This document shows, piece after piece, positions 14,599 through 28,743 of a stretch of DNA of 64,000 nucleotides. Made by a program: the position numbers and the translations under genes. Below the pieces are notes generated by a model, which worked only from the letters and a program-made list of their open reading frames with translations, had not been told where the DNA came from and did not search any database. Positions within the stretch are counted from its first letter, which is position 1; the number at the start of each line of letters is the position of its first letter. Source of the stretch: Octopus vulgaris (taxonomy: Eukaryota). The stretch is taken from assembly GCA_951406725.2 (NCBI GenBank), contig OX597829.1:44392001-44456000 (forward strand). The letters are read 5' to 3'.

Positions 14599-14651
<53 letters not shown>

Positions 14652-14872
14652 CATACGTATGTGTGTGTTTGTGTGTCTGTGTTTGTCCCCCTAGCGTTGC
14701 TTGACAACCGATCCTGGTGTGTTTATGTCCCCGTCACTTAGCGGTTCGGCAAAAGTGACCGATAGAATAAGTACTGGGCTTACAAAGAATAAGTCCCGGG
14801 GTGAACTTGCTCGACTAAAGGCTGTGCTCCAGCATGGACGCAGTCAAATGACTGAAACATGTAAAAGAATAA
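13891..14872 (+). mobile_element. SINE family B split by insertions in its internal (TA)n tract
   Basis: Head at 13891-14055 and tail at ~14660-14872; intervening non-SINE blocks at 14098-14176 and 14210-14601 are separated by (TA)n. Confidence 0.8.
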
Positions 14873-15019
14873 ATGAATATATATATATATGTATGTGTGT
14901 ATATATGTATGTGTGTGTATATATAGTAAATCTCAAAATAGAAGAACAAACACAAAAACAAAACACAGCAACGTGAGAATGAGGTAAATGTAAAATATTA
15001 GTAGACGCTCATCTCTATA

Positions 15020-15932
15020 TCTATATATATAAAACTGTAGTTGTGTGAGAGTCTGTCCCCTTCGATTTAGATTCCTAACTCCTCCCACATTTTGCGGTGC
15101 AGTTTAACCAAATTCAGGTATCTTATAGTGGTGATTCATATCGAGCCCGTCTGACTATTAGCGCGCGTCAACGATGAGTCTACGATTTTAAAAATAATTT
15201 ACCATCATTTTTTATTCCATTTTAATGCATAATTTTTCGTGTGTCGATGGCAGCGGAGTTGGCGTCCACGCTCACACCTGCACCTGTGTTCTCCCCCTTC
15301 TTCCCTCCCTCGTGAAGCTGTGGGGAAGGGAGTGTAAGGAAATCAACGTCGTAATGCGTTGTCAAGGAGACCAGCGTTCTTTTAGAACAACGACTTCATG
15401 GCTTGAAGTCGCCAAAACAGAAATGGCTAAAAAATCTGAAACAGATCCACAAAAATGGCAATTACCGCCACACAGGGCAGGTTTCCTGTGCAAACAATTT
15501 GCACAACCGAATGTTTTAGTTGTTGCACAAATCTTAATATATAAAAGTGAAGTTGTGTGTCTGTCTCCTACGATTTAGTTTCCTAACTACTCCCACATTT
15601 TGCGATGCAGTTTAACGAAAAGCGGGTATCTTATAGTCGTGATTCATATCGAGCCCTTCTGGGTATTAGCGCGCGTCTACGATGAGTCTACGATTTTAAA
15701 AATAATTTGCCATCAATTTTTTTCCATTTTAATGCATTTTTTCACTATTATATAAGGGAAGTAACTCTCTAAAAATGTCTACGATGAGTCAACGATTTAA
15801 AAAAAAATTTACCATCATTCTTTTTCCATTTTTAATGCATTTTTTTTTGCTATTTTTTGGCTATAACTCTCTAAAAATGCTTATATAGTTATTTCCCTTA
15901 CAAACCCGAGCAACGCCGGGCGATACTGCTAG
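15020..15932 (+). mobile_element. Two nested/tandem non-autonomous Helitrons (5' ends at 15020 and 15532, shared 3' end)
   Basis: Two TC-TATATATAAAA-type starts and one CCCGAGCAACGCCGGG-hairpin/CTAG terminus; the first is highly similar to 13220-13716. Confidence 0.82.
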
Positions 15933-16700
15933 TATATATATATAGAAACATATGAGATAGTGGACAAACGGAAGGAAAATGGACTCAACACATTTAGTAA
16001 GAGTTATATTAAAGCTATTTGATTCCGCTCCTTGTGACTTATATTTTGCGGACCTCTAAGAGAAGGCCTGCGAAACTTCATGTTACAAGTAGCTGAATCA
16101 AACTGTCTTAAATAATGTGTGTGTGTGTGTGTGTGTGATTGTCTGTGAGTGCGTATGTACGTGCGCGCGTGTATGTAGTTCTATGGAATGAAACATTAAA
16201 ATTATTTGTGATTGGTCAATAAAATTCCTGTCTTCTTTCTGTTTTTGTTTTTTTTTCTAATGCGCTTGCAAATTTCTGTACAAATTTCTTCAATCCAGAT
16301 CAGTCAGACATAGAAATGTAGCATGAAAAATTTTGTATCGTTTATTGCCTCTAAAATAACATAAGAAACAAGAAACCAAATATCTCCTACAATTAAAACA
16401 TCAAATGTAACCAGTGACGAACGCTTTAATATTTCCACTCGACACACTGAGATTCTCATATTCTTTTATGTATACACACACACACGTACGCAAGCAAGAA
16501 TACACATACAAGCATACACACATATAACACACACTCACACTTATGTATGTATGCGTATTTTCCCCCTTTCATTTTTAAATTTAGAGTAAAATTTGACCGA
16601 CTTCCGATTTTGTTCTACGGTTGGGTCTTGATTTAACTGTCAGCCATTAAAACTTAAGTATGTCTTGCTGATATTCATAGCCCCAGATATCCCGATCATT

Positions 16701-17449
16701 TGTATGTATGTATGTATGTATGTATGTATGTATGTATGTATGTATGTATGTATGTATGTATGTATGTATGTATGCATGTGTGTGTATGTATGTATGTGTG
16801 TGTGTATGTATGTGTGTATGTGTGTATGTATGTATGTATGTATGTATGTATGTATGTATGTATGTATGCAAGCATGCATGTATGTATGTATGTATGTATG
16901 TGTGTGTGTATGTATGTATGTATGTATGTATGTATGCATGCATGCATGTATGTATGTATGTATGTTGCATGCATGTGTGTGTATGTATGTATGTATTTAT
17001 GTATGTATGTATGTATGTATGTATGTATGTATGTATTTATGTATATATGTATGTATGTATGTATGTATATATGTATGTATGTATGTATTTATGTATGTAT
17101 GTATGTATGTATTTATGTATGTATGTATTTATGTATGTATGTATGTATGTATATATGTATGTATGTATGTATTTATGTATATATGTATGTATGTATGTAT
17201 GTATATATGTATGTATGTATGTATTTATGTATGTATGTATGTATGTATGTATGCATGTATGTTTGTGTGTATGTATGTATGTATGTATGTATATGTGTGT
17301 GTATGTATGTATGTATGTGTATGTGTGTATACATGTATGTATTTATGTATGTATGTATGTATGTATGTATGTATGTGTATGTACGTATGCATGTATGTAT
17401 GTTTGTACGTATGTATGTTTGTATATATGTATATATGTAAGTATGTATG
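16701..17449. repeat. (TATG)n microsatellite, degenerate, ~750 bp
   Basis: Directly visible; source of the MYVC pseudo-ORFs. Confidence 0.97.
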
Positions 17450-17453
17450 AATG

Positions 17454-17876
17454 TACGAGACGATTTCCCCTCACAGATGCAGGCACATCTGCGATACTTC
17501 TCTCATTTCTGATGGTTGCGGATCTCCCAGAATTTTTGTCAATATCGAAATTTTTCGGCCATCTTGGAAATGTCTGAACCACTGATACACTTATGTGCGG
17601 CTCATGCACTCCTCTCCGTAAGCTTCTGTAACTTTGTGTAGGCCTGTGAGCAGGTATCGTCATGACAACTTCTTCTGTCATGGTCAATGCGATGATTACA
17701 CGCTACACACCTTCCTTCCAATCACTGCTCCTAACAGCGGAAGTGAGCTAGAACGTTAAGACTTAATGCAATGCACAACAGAGATCAAGGTCAACGTGTG
17801 TCAAGAGGCTTTACTCTGTGTGCTTTAGCTTCGTTACTATGGCAACAGTCCGGATACTTATTGATCAGACATCGTA
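17454..17876 (-). mobile_element. Mariner-like transposon 5' fragment
   Basis: TIR-like end TACGATGTCTGATCAATAAGTATCCG (-) and an N-terminal transposase remnant ..FPRWPKNF..SGRSATIRNERSIADV.. Confidence 0.65.
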
Positions 17877-17882
17877 CATATA

Positions 17883-19607
<1,725 letters not shown>

Positions 19608-19663
19608 GCATGTTTATATATATATATATGAATCTTTTCAATTTAACTAAATTCTATATTTAT

Positions 19664-19753
19664 ATGCAGCTGAAAATTGCTCTACATTTTAAAACTGATG
19701 TAATACTTGCATTGTTTAATTAAATGGAGTCGCATGAAACGATCGTACTGCAT
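19664..19753 (+). ncRNA. Hammerhead-like motif (core CUGAAAA)
   Basis: ATGCAG-CTGAAAA-[long stem II]-GAAAC-GATC-GTA-CTGCAT; a sibling copy is at the window end (63925-64000). Confidence 0.6.
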
Positions 19754-19884
19754 TACCTTTGGATATCCTTGTTGCTTATTTTGCTTATAATCACCCCATT
19801 TTGAATTATATGGATAATACCATACCAAATTCTGGTGCCTTTAACTTAAGTACCATATTCAACTGAATCTCATTGTTTACTGAA

Positions 19885-19930
<46 letters not shown>

Positions 19931-20058
19931 GGAGGAATTATACAAAATGTATAAATAGATGATGAGTAAAGCATCGGCACAGTTTCGATTATTAAAACAA
20001 TTGTATGTATATTCGTATGTATGTATGTTTATATATGTGTGTGTCTGTGTATGTATGC

Positions 20059-20091
<33 letters not shown>

Positions 20092-21526
20092 TGTATGTCT
20101 GTATGTATGTATGCATGTATGTATGTATGTGTGTATGTATGTATGTATGTATGTATGCATGCATGCATGCATGTATGTATGTATGTATGTGTGTATGTAA
20201 GTATGTAAGTATGTATGTATGTATGTATATGTGTATGTATGTATGTATGTATGTATGTATGTATGTATGTATGTATGCATGCGGGCGTGAATGTTTGTAC
20301 GTATGCTTGTATGTACGAGTTGGTACTTTATATTCCCGCTTGAAAAATTTAATTTTTTTCTGCATTTATTTCATTTTATTTATTTTTTCTATGATTTTAC
20401 TTTTGCTAGCGGGGCATTATTTTGTGTTTTTTTTTTTTCTTTCTCTCTAATTTTTCCCGCCATCATGTTTTTCTCATGTACGGACCACAATCGAAGAACG
20501 ATGCCAACAGGCACAATAGAATAAAAGAATCCTAATAATAGTAACTCTAAAATCTTCACGCATGATGACAAACAATGAGAAGAATTAAAATTTTTACCAA
20601 AGAAAGCGATTGGTAAAGCATGAAAAGAAATGCCACAGTACATCCAGTTCTTTCTATTCTTTCTGTGCAAAGGATTTTGACAATTCCTTGCAGTGCTGCT
20701 GTCATAAATACATAATAAGAAAGACGAAACGTTGTGTCTGCTTTCTGCGATGCTTTCCTGGAGCAATTTTTGGAATCTGACGGCGACGTTGACGGGGCTG
20801 CACTGCATTTTGGGCTCGATTTCAATGGTTTAAATAATCTGAAAGTAATTTGACAAGCGGTGACACAACTAAAACTACTCACGCATATATATGTGTGTCT
20901 GTGTGTGTATGTGTGAGTGTGTTTTATGTGTGTATGTATTTGTGTAAGCATTTTGTATACGCGTGTATATGTACAAACAAACATACATATATGCATGTGT
21001 GTGTCTGTGTACATCGTATGTGCAAAAGACGTAAGTGAATGCGTGAATGTGTATAGATACCAGTTCGTTCATGGACTGTGGACGTTTTTCCTATGTGTAC
21101 CTACGCGCACTCATCTGAGCATAGGGACCACAGAATTTGCCGACGCTCCCAGAGGGTAGAAGAGCACCTTCGGTTACTGGTTTCCGGTTGAAGTCAGTTT
21201 TATTCCAATTTTGTCATAAATACCCGCTGGAATTATACTTAACCCACTTCTGAAATGGTTACCTGCATAAGACACAAGAAAATAATTCCAGATTTAAACA
21301 TTAGCAATTCACCACACTAAAGTCAGAAAGAATATTCTCTTTCTCTCTCATTCTCTGTCTGTCTGTCTGTCTCTGTCTCTCTTTATCGCCCTCTCTCTCT
21401 CTCTCTCTCTCCCACTCTCTGCTGTATTTATATTATATAAGTGTGTATTTATATGCGTATATACGAACGTATGCATAATGTTTGTGTTTATGTTTAGTTA
21501 TAATAAAAACAATTTTACATTAATCT

Positions 21527-21578
<52 letters not shown>

Positions 21579-21579
21579 T

Positions 21580-21670
<91 letters not shown>

Positions 21671-22097
21671 CATTTTTATTGTGGCCACACAGGGCTAAAC
21701 ACAGAATAAAAATGGACGAAATACAATGTAGAGTTTTTCTTTTCGAGGTGGGATGGGTGGGACACAAAGAAAAAAAACCCCAAAAAAAGGTTCGATCAAT
21801 AGGGATCTGTGGGTTGTGTGGTGTATAAAAATATAATATATATATATATAAAAATAAAGTTCACAGTTTAGGTGTAGCCCTGGAAAGAAAAACCTACAAA
21901 AAAGACCAAGGTCACCTCAGACAGTTCGAAAATGAACACATGATAAGTCGCCTTACCTCTCGTTGTCTCTTTTGGTCACAGATTTACGCTTAAAATAGTG
22001 TCGTCTTTCATACTGACCATTTTTGCCACTTTTACCCACTTTTTATTAAAACATTCGTTCGACAAAGCCTTCCTCTGAGGCACTTACATCACCGTCT
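21671..22097 (-). mobile_element. Tx1-clade LINE 3' end, flanked on both sides by (GATA)n
   Basis: ORF2 C-terminus RKALSNECFNKKWVKVAKMVSMKDDTILSVNL* (homologous to the Tx1 end at 50040-50135), 3'UTR and AATAAA. Confidence 0.75.
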
Positions 22098-22122
22098 ATA
22101 GATAGATAGATAGGTAGATAGG

Positions 22123-22192
<70 letters not shown>

Positions 22193-22193
<1 letters not shown>

Positions 22194-22455
22194 GTGTCTT
22201 TATTGACCACACAGGGCTGCACACAGATGGGACAAGTTACAAGGTAGAGCTTTTCTTTTGGGGGATGAAAAAAACAAAAAACAAAAGAAACAAAAAAAAG
22301 GGGGTGGCGTAGGTTTTCGATCAAGAGGGAAGAAAAAATAAATAAATAAAATAAATTAAAAATTAAAAAAATAAAAATAAAAAAAGAAGAAAAGGAAAAG
22401 GAACAAAAGAAAAGAGAAATGAAAAAAGAAGAAAAAAGGGGAAAAAAGGGGAAGA
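22193..22455 (-). mobile_element. Second Tx1-type 3' UTR fragment within a (GATA)n/(GACA)n tract
   Basis: Tail ctttattgaccacacagggctgcacacagatgggac is similar to 21671-21740. Confidence 0.65.
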
Positions 22456-22630
22456 GGAGACAGACAGACAGACGGATAGATAGGTATTTTTGGATATTTA
22501 TATGGTGACCGTCAATTACTAGACATTGATTTCGATTATAATGTTGGAGGAATTGTATAACATACGATGCTAATAAAGTAGTTTACTTGTATACTGTTCA
22601 TTTTTCTTATTTACTAGATGCATAAATGTA

Positions 22631-22690
<60 letters not shown>

Positions 22691-22748
22691 CGTATGTGTG
22701 TGTGTATGTATCATGTATATACATGTATGTATATATAGGAGTGGCTAT

Positions 22749-23140
22749 AGGCGCAGGAGTGGCTGTGTGGTAAGTAGCTTGCTAACCAACAACATGGTTC
22801 CGGGTTCAGTCCCACTGCGTGGCATCTTGGGCAAGTGTCTTCTACTGTAGCCCCGGGCCGACCAATGTCTTGTGAGTGGATTTGGTAGACGGAAACTGAA
22901 AAGAAGCCCGTCGTATATATGTATATATATGTATGTATGTGTGTCTGTGTTTGTCCTCCTATCATTGCTTGACAACCGATACTGGTGTGTTTACGTCTCC
23001 GTTACTTAGCGGTTCGGCAAAAAGAGACCGATAGAATAAGTACTGGGCTTACAAAGAATAAGTCCCGGGGTCGATTTCCTCGACTAAAGGCGGGGCTCCA
23101 GCATAGCCGCAGTCAAATGACTGAAACAAGTAAAAGAGTA
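22749..23140 (+). mobile_element. SINE family B, full length
   Basis: Head, CORE-like segment, internal microsatellite and tail are all present. Confidence 0.9.
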
Positions 23141-23159
23141 AAATATATATATATATATA

Positions 23160-23542
23160 TATATATAAAAGAGAGAGAGAGACAGACAGACAGTTTGTCT
23201 GTCTGCGTGTCTGTGTGTCTGTTTGCTTGTACCCTCACCCTGACCACGGCTTTCAACCGATTCTGATGAAACTTGACACACACATAGCCCAATGTCATAA
23301 TTCAAAACTAACGCAGCGAAAATTTTGAAAAGTTCCCCCAGTTCTGAAAAATATCGATAAATTCGACATGGGGTCGAGAATCAGAAACACAAACCACAGA
23401 CTGTCTAGGGGACGCAACTCGACCTTTTAAACTAAAAAAAAATTTACCATCATTTTTTTTTCCATTTTTTGGCTATAACTCTCTAAAAATGCTTCATAGT
23501 TATTTCCCTAACAAACCCGAGCAACGCCGGGCGATACTGCTA

Positions 23543-23543
<1 letters not shown>
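23160..23543 (+). mobile_element. Non-autonomous Helitron, different 5' module
   Basis: Same 3' hairpin/CTAG terminus; the 5' part has (GTCT)n and a different body. Confidence 0.8.
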
Positions 23544-23631
<88 letters not shown>

Positions 23632-23634
23632 AGT

Positions 23635-23696
<62 letters not shown>

Positions 23697-23884
23697 TAAA
23701 GGTGGCTTATTTGCCTACACACACACACATACATATTAATTTATGATCGATATTTTTTGTTCTTCAGCTATGTTGGGTATATGTGTAGGTATGTGTCTGC
23801 GCATGTATGTATTTATGTGTTTGTATAAGTATGCATATGTGTGTGTCTGTGTATGTCTGTGCATATGTACATTTATATTTATAC

Positions 23885-24064
23885 CTATTTCTTTACTACC
23901 CACAGGTGGCTAAACATAGAGGGGACAAGCAAGGACAGACAAAGGGATTAAGTCGATGACATCGACCCCATTGCGTAACCGGTACTTTATTTATCGACCC
24001 CGAAAGGATGAAAGGCAAAGTCTCCCTCGGCGGAGTTTAAACTCAGAACGTAGCAGCAGTCGAA
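23885..24064 (-). mobile_element. SINE family A, head-truncated next to a Helitron
   Basis: Matches the 18414 copy from tail to B-box. Confidence 0.85.
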
Positions 24065-24070
24065 TATATA

Positions 24071-24462
24071 TCTTTATATATAAAAGTGAAGTTGTGTGTC
24101 TGTCTCCTACGATTTAGATTCCTAACTACTCCCACATTTTGCGGTGCAGTGTAACCAAAAGCGGGTATCTTATAGTCGTGATTCATATCGAGCCCTTCTG
24201 GGTATTAGCGCGCGTCTACGATGAGTCTACGATTTTAAAAAGAATTTACCATCAATTTTTCCCATTTTTAATGCATTTTTGGCATATATAAGGGAAGTAA
24301 CTCTCTAAAAATGTATTATTAAATCTCAGAACGTAAAAAGCTACAGTAACAACGCCCTTAGTGGTTAGCCATTTTGAGATGGCTATTATACCTTACATCT
24401 CTAAAAATGCTTATATAGTTATTTCCCTTACAAACCCGAGCAACGCCGGGTGATACTGCTAG
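24071..24462 (+). mobile_element. Non-autonomous Helitron
   Basis: A|TC start, hairpin plus CTAG|T end. Confidence 0.88.
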
Positions 24463-24942
24463 TTTATGTATTTGAGTATAAGTGTTTGTGCATGTATTTG
24501 CAGGCTAATTAAGTATATATGAATATATAGATTTGTATAATTCACGTTTAGATTGTACATATAATAATAGTTTCATTCATTAATTATCTTCCATGTTATC
24601 TTTAATTATTCTAATCATGGCTTAATGATTTACCTTATATTCTTGTTGTGTTTACCACCATTACTCCACGTCTAGTGTTTCTCTTTTCCATCTACGGAAG
24701 TCCATCGAAGCATAATTTCTTCTATTTTCTATTTTCCCTTAATATCATAGTATTACTTTAACCCGCATATATTCTCCCTCTTTCTGCCTATTAATTGATA
24801 ATTCTAATTCCTTTAATCAATTTAAATTAATTAACCATGCTTAGCCTTGCACCTGTGTATGTGTATGTATATATGTGTGCGCGTGCATATATATATATGT
24901 GTGTGTATATATATGTATGTATATATATATATATATATATAT

Positions 24943-25033
<91 letters not shown>

Positions 25034-25192
25034 GTATATATATATATATATATATATACATACATACATACATTTGTTTTTGTTTTGGTGCCTCGCTCTG
25101 TTGTACACGACTATGAGGATTTGCATCCCCAACGTAATTCGCTTTTTCCAAAACTTATAATGTAATACATGTCCTTGGAGTAGTAATTGTGC

Positions 25193-25280
25193 GCGGCTGA
25201 AGAAGGCTACTGACATACATATTACATCAATTATGCATTGATATAAACCGTCTAATAAAAGCCAGAAACATATGTACCGC
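25193..25280 (+). ncRNA. Type-I hammerhead ribozyme, canonical core
   Basis: GCGG-CTGAAGA-aGGCT...AGCCa-GAAAC-ATAT-GTA-CCGC, in a ~240-bp island between (TA)n tracts. Confidence 0.8.
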
Positions 25281-25309
25281 TAAATCCTTTGCATCACGTC
25301 TTTCTATTG

Positions 25310-25355
<46 letters not shown>

Positions 25356-25503
25356 TATATATACATATATATATGTGTGTATGTATGTGAGTGTGTGTAC
25401 ATGTATATGTGCCTGTGTGTATATATGTTTATATGGAATACCCAATTATTTTACTTCTCTACTTCCTTAATTTAGTAACCGGTCTATTGTCTTTTATTAC
25501 ATA

Positions 25504-25897
25504 CTAGCAGTATCACCCGGCGTTGCGCGGGTTTGTAAGGGAAATAACTATATAAGCATTTTTAGAGTTATAGCCAAAAAATAGCGAAAAAATGCATTAA
25601 AAATGGAAAAAAAATTATGGTAAATTCTTTTTTAAATCGTTGACTCATCGTAGACATTTTTAGAGAGTTACTTCCCTTATATAATAGCGAAAAAATATGC
25701 ATTAAAATGGAAAAAAATGATGGTAAATTTTTAAATCGTAGACTCATCGTAGACGCGCGCTAATACCCAGAAGGGCTCGATATGAATCACGACTATAAGA
25801 TACCCGGTTTTGGTTAAACTGCACCACAAAATGTGGGAGTAGTTAGGAATCTAAATCGTAGGAGATAGACACACAACTTCTCCTTTATATATAAAGA
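25504..25897 (-). mobile_element. Non-autonomous Helitron
   Basis: Reverse complement of the 24071/15532 type, with both termini. Confidence 0.88.
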
Positions 25898-26257
25898 TTA
25901 CCGTTATACATATTTTTGCATGTGTATGTCTTCATTATTACTATTATTATTATTATTGTTATTTATATTAATTTATGACTATAAGTATATTTTTACAACT
26001 GTATCTATTTTCATTAATGTATATACTTTTAACTTTAATGGTACACTGTATTCTTCCTTTTAATATTTTCATTATGTTTTAAATGTGATAAATTGCTTTG
26101 TACGTCCTTCCCCGAAGACGTTCTCACTTGTAGTAATCAACTAAATTGATTTAGAAATCGTGAACTGGGACGAAAACAATTGCAGCGTGGAAGGTGTTTA
26201 TAAGCCATTTAAGAAACACACAAAAACCGTTAGATTCCCTTCAACATTTAAATTTAA

Positions 26258-26308
26258 TTTGTCAAAATATTTTCGTCGCTTTCAGACCGCGACCTGTTCA
26301 CTGACAAA
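26258..26308 (-). ncRNA. Hammerhead variant with G3:C8 core
   Basis: Minus strand: TTTGTCA-GTGAACA-G-GTCGC(9 nt)GCGAC-GAA-AATATT-T-TGACAAA. Confidence 0.65.
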
Positions 26309-26532
26309 ACTTCGTGCTGCATCTGAGAAAGTAACAGTTAGTTCGTGATATATATGTACGTATGTATGTGTGTATGTATGTGTGTATGTATGTATGTATG
26401 TATGTATGTATGTATGTATGTATGTATGTATCTATGCATGTATGTATGTATGTATGTATGTATGTATGTGTGTATGTATGTATGTATGTATGTATGTATG
26501 TATGTATGTATGTATGTATGTATGTATGTGTG

Positions 26533-26566
<34 letters not shown>

Positions 26567-27397
26567 TGCATGTATGTGTGTATGTATGTATGTGTGTATG
26601 TATGTATGTATGTATGTATGTATGTATGTGCGTATGTATGTATATATGTGCATATGTATGTATGTATTTATGTATGTATGTGCGTATGTATGTATGTATG
26701 TATGTGTGTACATGTATGTGCGCATGTATGTGTGCATGCCTATACGCATGTAAGTATGTATGTATGTACTTATGTACTTACGTATGTATATAAGTATGTA
26801 TATAAGTATGGACGTGTATATGTGTGTGTACATGTGTATGTACATGTGAACGTATGTTTATGTACTGATCTGTGTCAGTTCAAGTTGTATACATGACTGT
26901 TACCTTGTTGAAGGTTGTATATATACACACACATATACATTTATTTAGACACACGCACATTTATATATGTGTGTGTGAGTGTGTGCGTTTGTCCCTCTCA
27001 CCATCGTCTAACGGTACGGTTATATATAACTGCATATATGTATTTTAGTACCATGCATTTCAACATGTATGCATGGATTACCACATGTAAATGAGAGAGA
27101 GAGGGGTGGCTATAGAATGGTACTCCCCAGTGGAATCTGGAATACAAACCCACTCTCAACCGAAAATCCAAATGGGGTAACATATATGTGTATGTGTGTG
27201 TATATGTATATGTATATATGTATGTAGAGATGGACAAGCGTATATTTGTGTATACTTTAAGATTATACGTATATTTGTGAGTATGTGTAAGTGTTTATAT
27301 GATTGTGTGTACTTGTATATATGTATAAGGTTATATGTGCATATATGTATCTAAGACGTTGTATCCATTCACCGTTAGACGATGGTGAGAGGGACAA

Positions 27398-27453
<56 letters not shown>

Positions 27454-27679
27454 ACACACACATACACATATGTATGTGTGTGTGTGTCTATATAAATGTA
27501 TATGTGTGTATATATACAACCTTCAACAAGGTAACAGTCATGTATACAACTTGAACTGACACATATCAGAACATAAACATATGTTCACATGTACACACAC
27601 ACAGACACGTCTGCACACTCGCCTAAATACTCACATACATACATACATACATACATACATACATACATACATACATACA

Positions 27680-27714
<35 letters not shown>

Positions 27715-27753
27715 CATGAACTAACTGTTACTTTCCCAGATGCAGCACGGAAT

Positions 27754-27804
27754 TTTGTCAGTGAACAGGTCGCGGTCAGAAAGCGACGAAAATATTTTGA
27801 CAAA
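27754..27804 (+). ncRNA. Hammerhead variant with G3:C8 core
   Basis: TTTGTCA-GTGAACA-G-GTCGC(ggtcagaaa)GCGAC-GAA-AATATT-T-TGACAAA. Confidence 0.65.
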
Positions 27805-28070
27805 TTAAATTTAAATGTTGAAGCGAATCTAACGGTTTTTGTGTGTTTCTTACAAACACCTTCCACGCTGCAATTATTTGTGTGTATATTAGTGCTAGTC
27901 ACATACACAGTTTGGCAACCAGTGTTTGTACATTCCACTACTTTAGCGGTTCGGCAAAATGAACTGCTAGAAAGACGTGAGTCGATTTCATTGAATAAAA
28001 CATTTCCTGGCTGCACCCCCAGCGTGGCAGCAAGTCAATAGCTGAATCAATAAATGATAAAAGAAAAAAA

Positions 28071-28299
28071 GGCGGCGAGCTGGCAGAATCGTTAGCACGC
28101 CGGGCGAAATGCTTATCGGTATTTCGTCTGCCGCTACGTTCTGAGTTCAAATTCCGCCGAGGTCGACTTTGCCTTTCATCCTTTCGGGGTCGAATAAATA
28201 AGTACCAGTTACGTCCTGGGGTCGATATAATCGACTTAATCTGTTTGTCTGTTATTGTTTGTCCTCTCTGTGTTTAGCCCCTTGTGGGTAGTAAAGAAA
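28071..28299 (+). mobile_element. SINE family A, full length
   Basis: Head GGCGGCGAGCTGGCAGAATCG through tail CCCCTTGTGGGTAGTAAAGAAA. Confidence 0.92.
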
Positions 28300-28331
28300 G
28301 AGATAAAAGAAAAATGATAAAAGTATAAATA

Positions 28332-28492
28332 AATCTGTTGTGTCTGGGGAGAGTCATTTTCTTTTAGTGCCTTATTATTTTAACACACTCACCGGTAAAA
28401 TTTCCACTTATTTCTTGTGGAAATTTTACCGGTGGATGTGTTAAAATAATAAGGCACTAAAAGAGAATGACTCTCCCCAGACACAACAGATT
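28332..28492. repeat. Near-perfect 76-bp-arm hairpin
   Basis: Arms 28332-28407 and 28417-28492, with 9-nt loop TTATTTCTT. Confidence 0.9.
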
Positions 28493-28688
28493 ATGCTTCA
28501 ACACACGAACTCAGATAAAGAATCTTGCAAACCAAATCCCAAAACGAAATATAAATAAATCAATAAATCGATAAATCAATTAATGCGATAACTACAATTA
28601 AACATGTTTTTGCTATGAACAGCATTCCTTGTCCAGGATATAAACATACACACACATGCACATACGCGCGCGCACGCATATATATATT

Positions 28689-28740
<52 letters not shown>

Positions 28741-28743
<3 letters not shown>

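Larger units (their letters stand above)
26178..27875. repeat. Large inverted duplication (arms 26178-27015 and 27371-27875)
   Basis: Colinear reverse-complement blocks of unique sequence, with length-divergent microsatellites between them. Confidence 0.85.

Noticed and set aside
16012-16075. Tiny mariner-like peptide (DSAPCDLYF..PLREGLR)
   Set aside because: Too short and degenerate to annotate with confidence.
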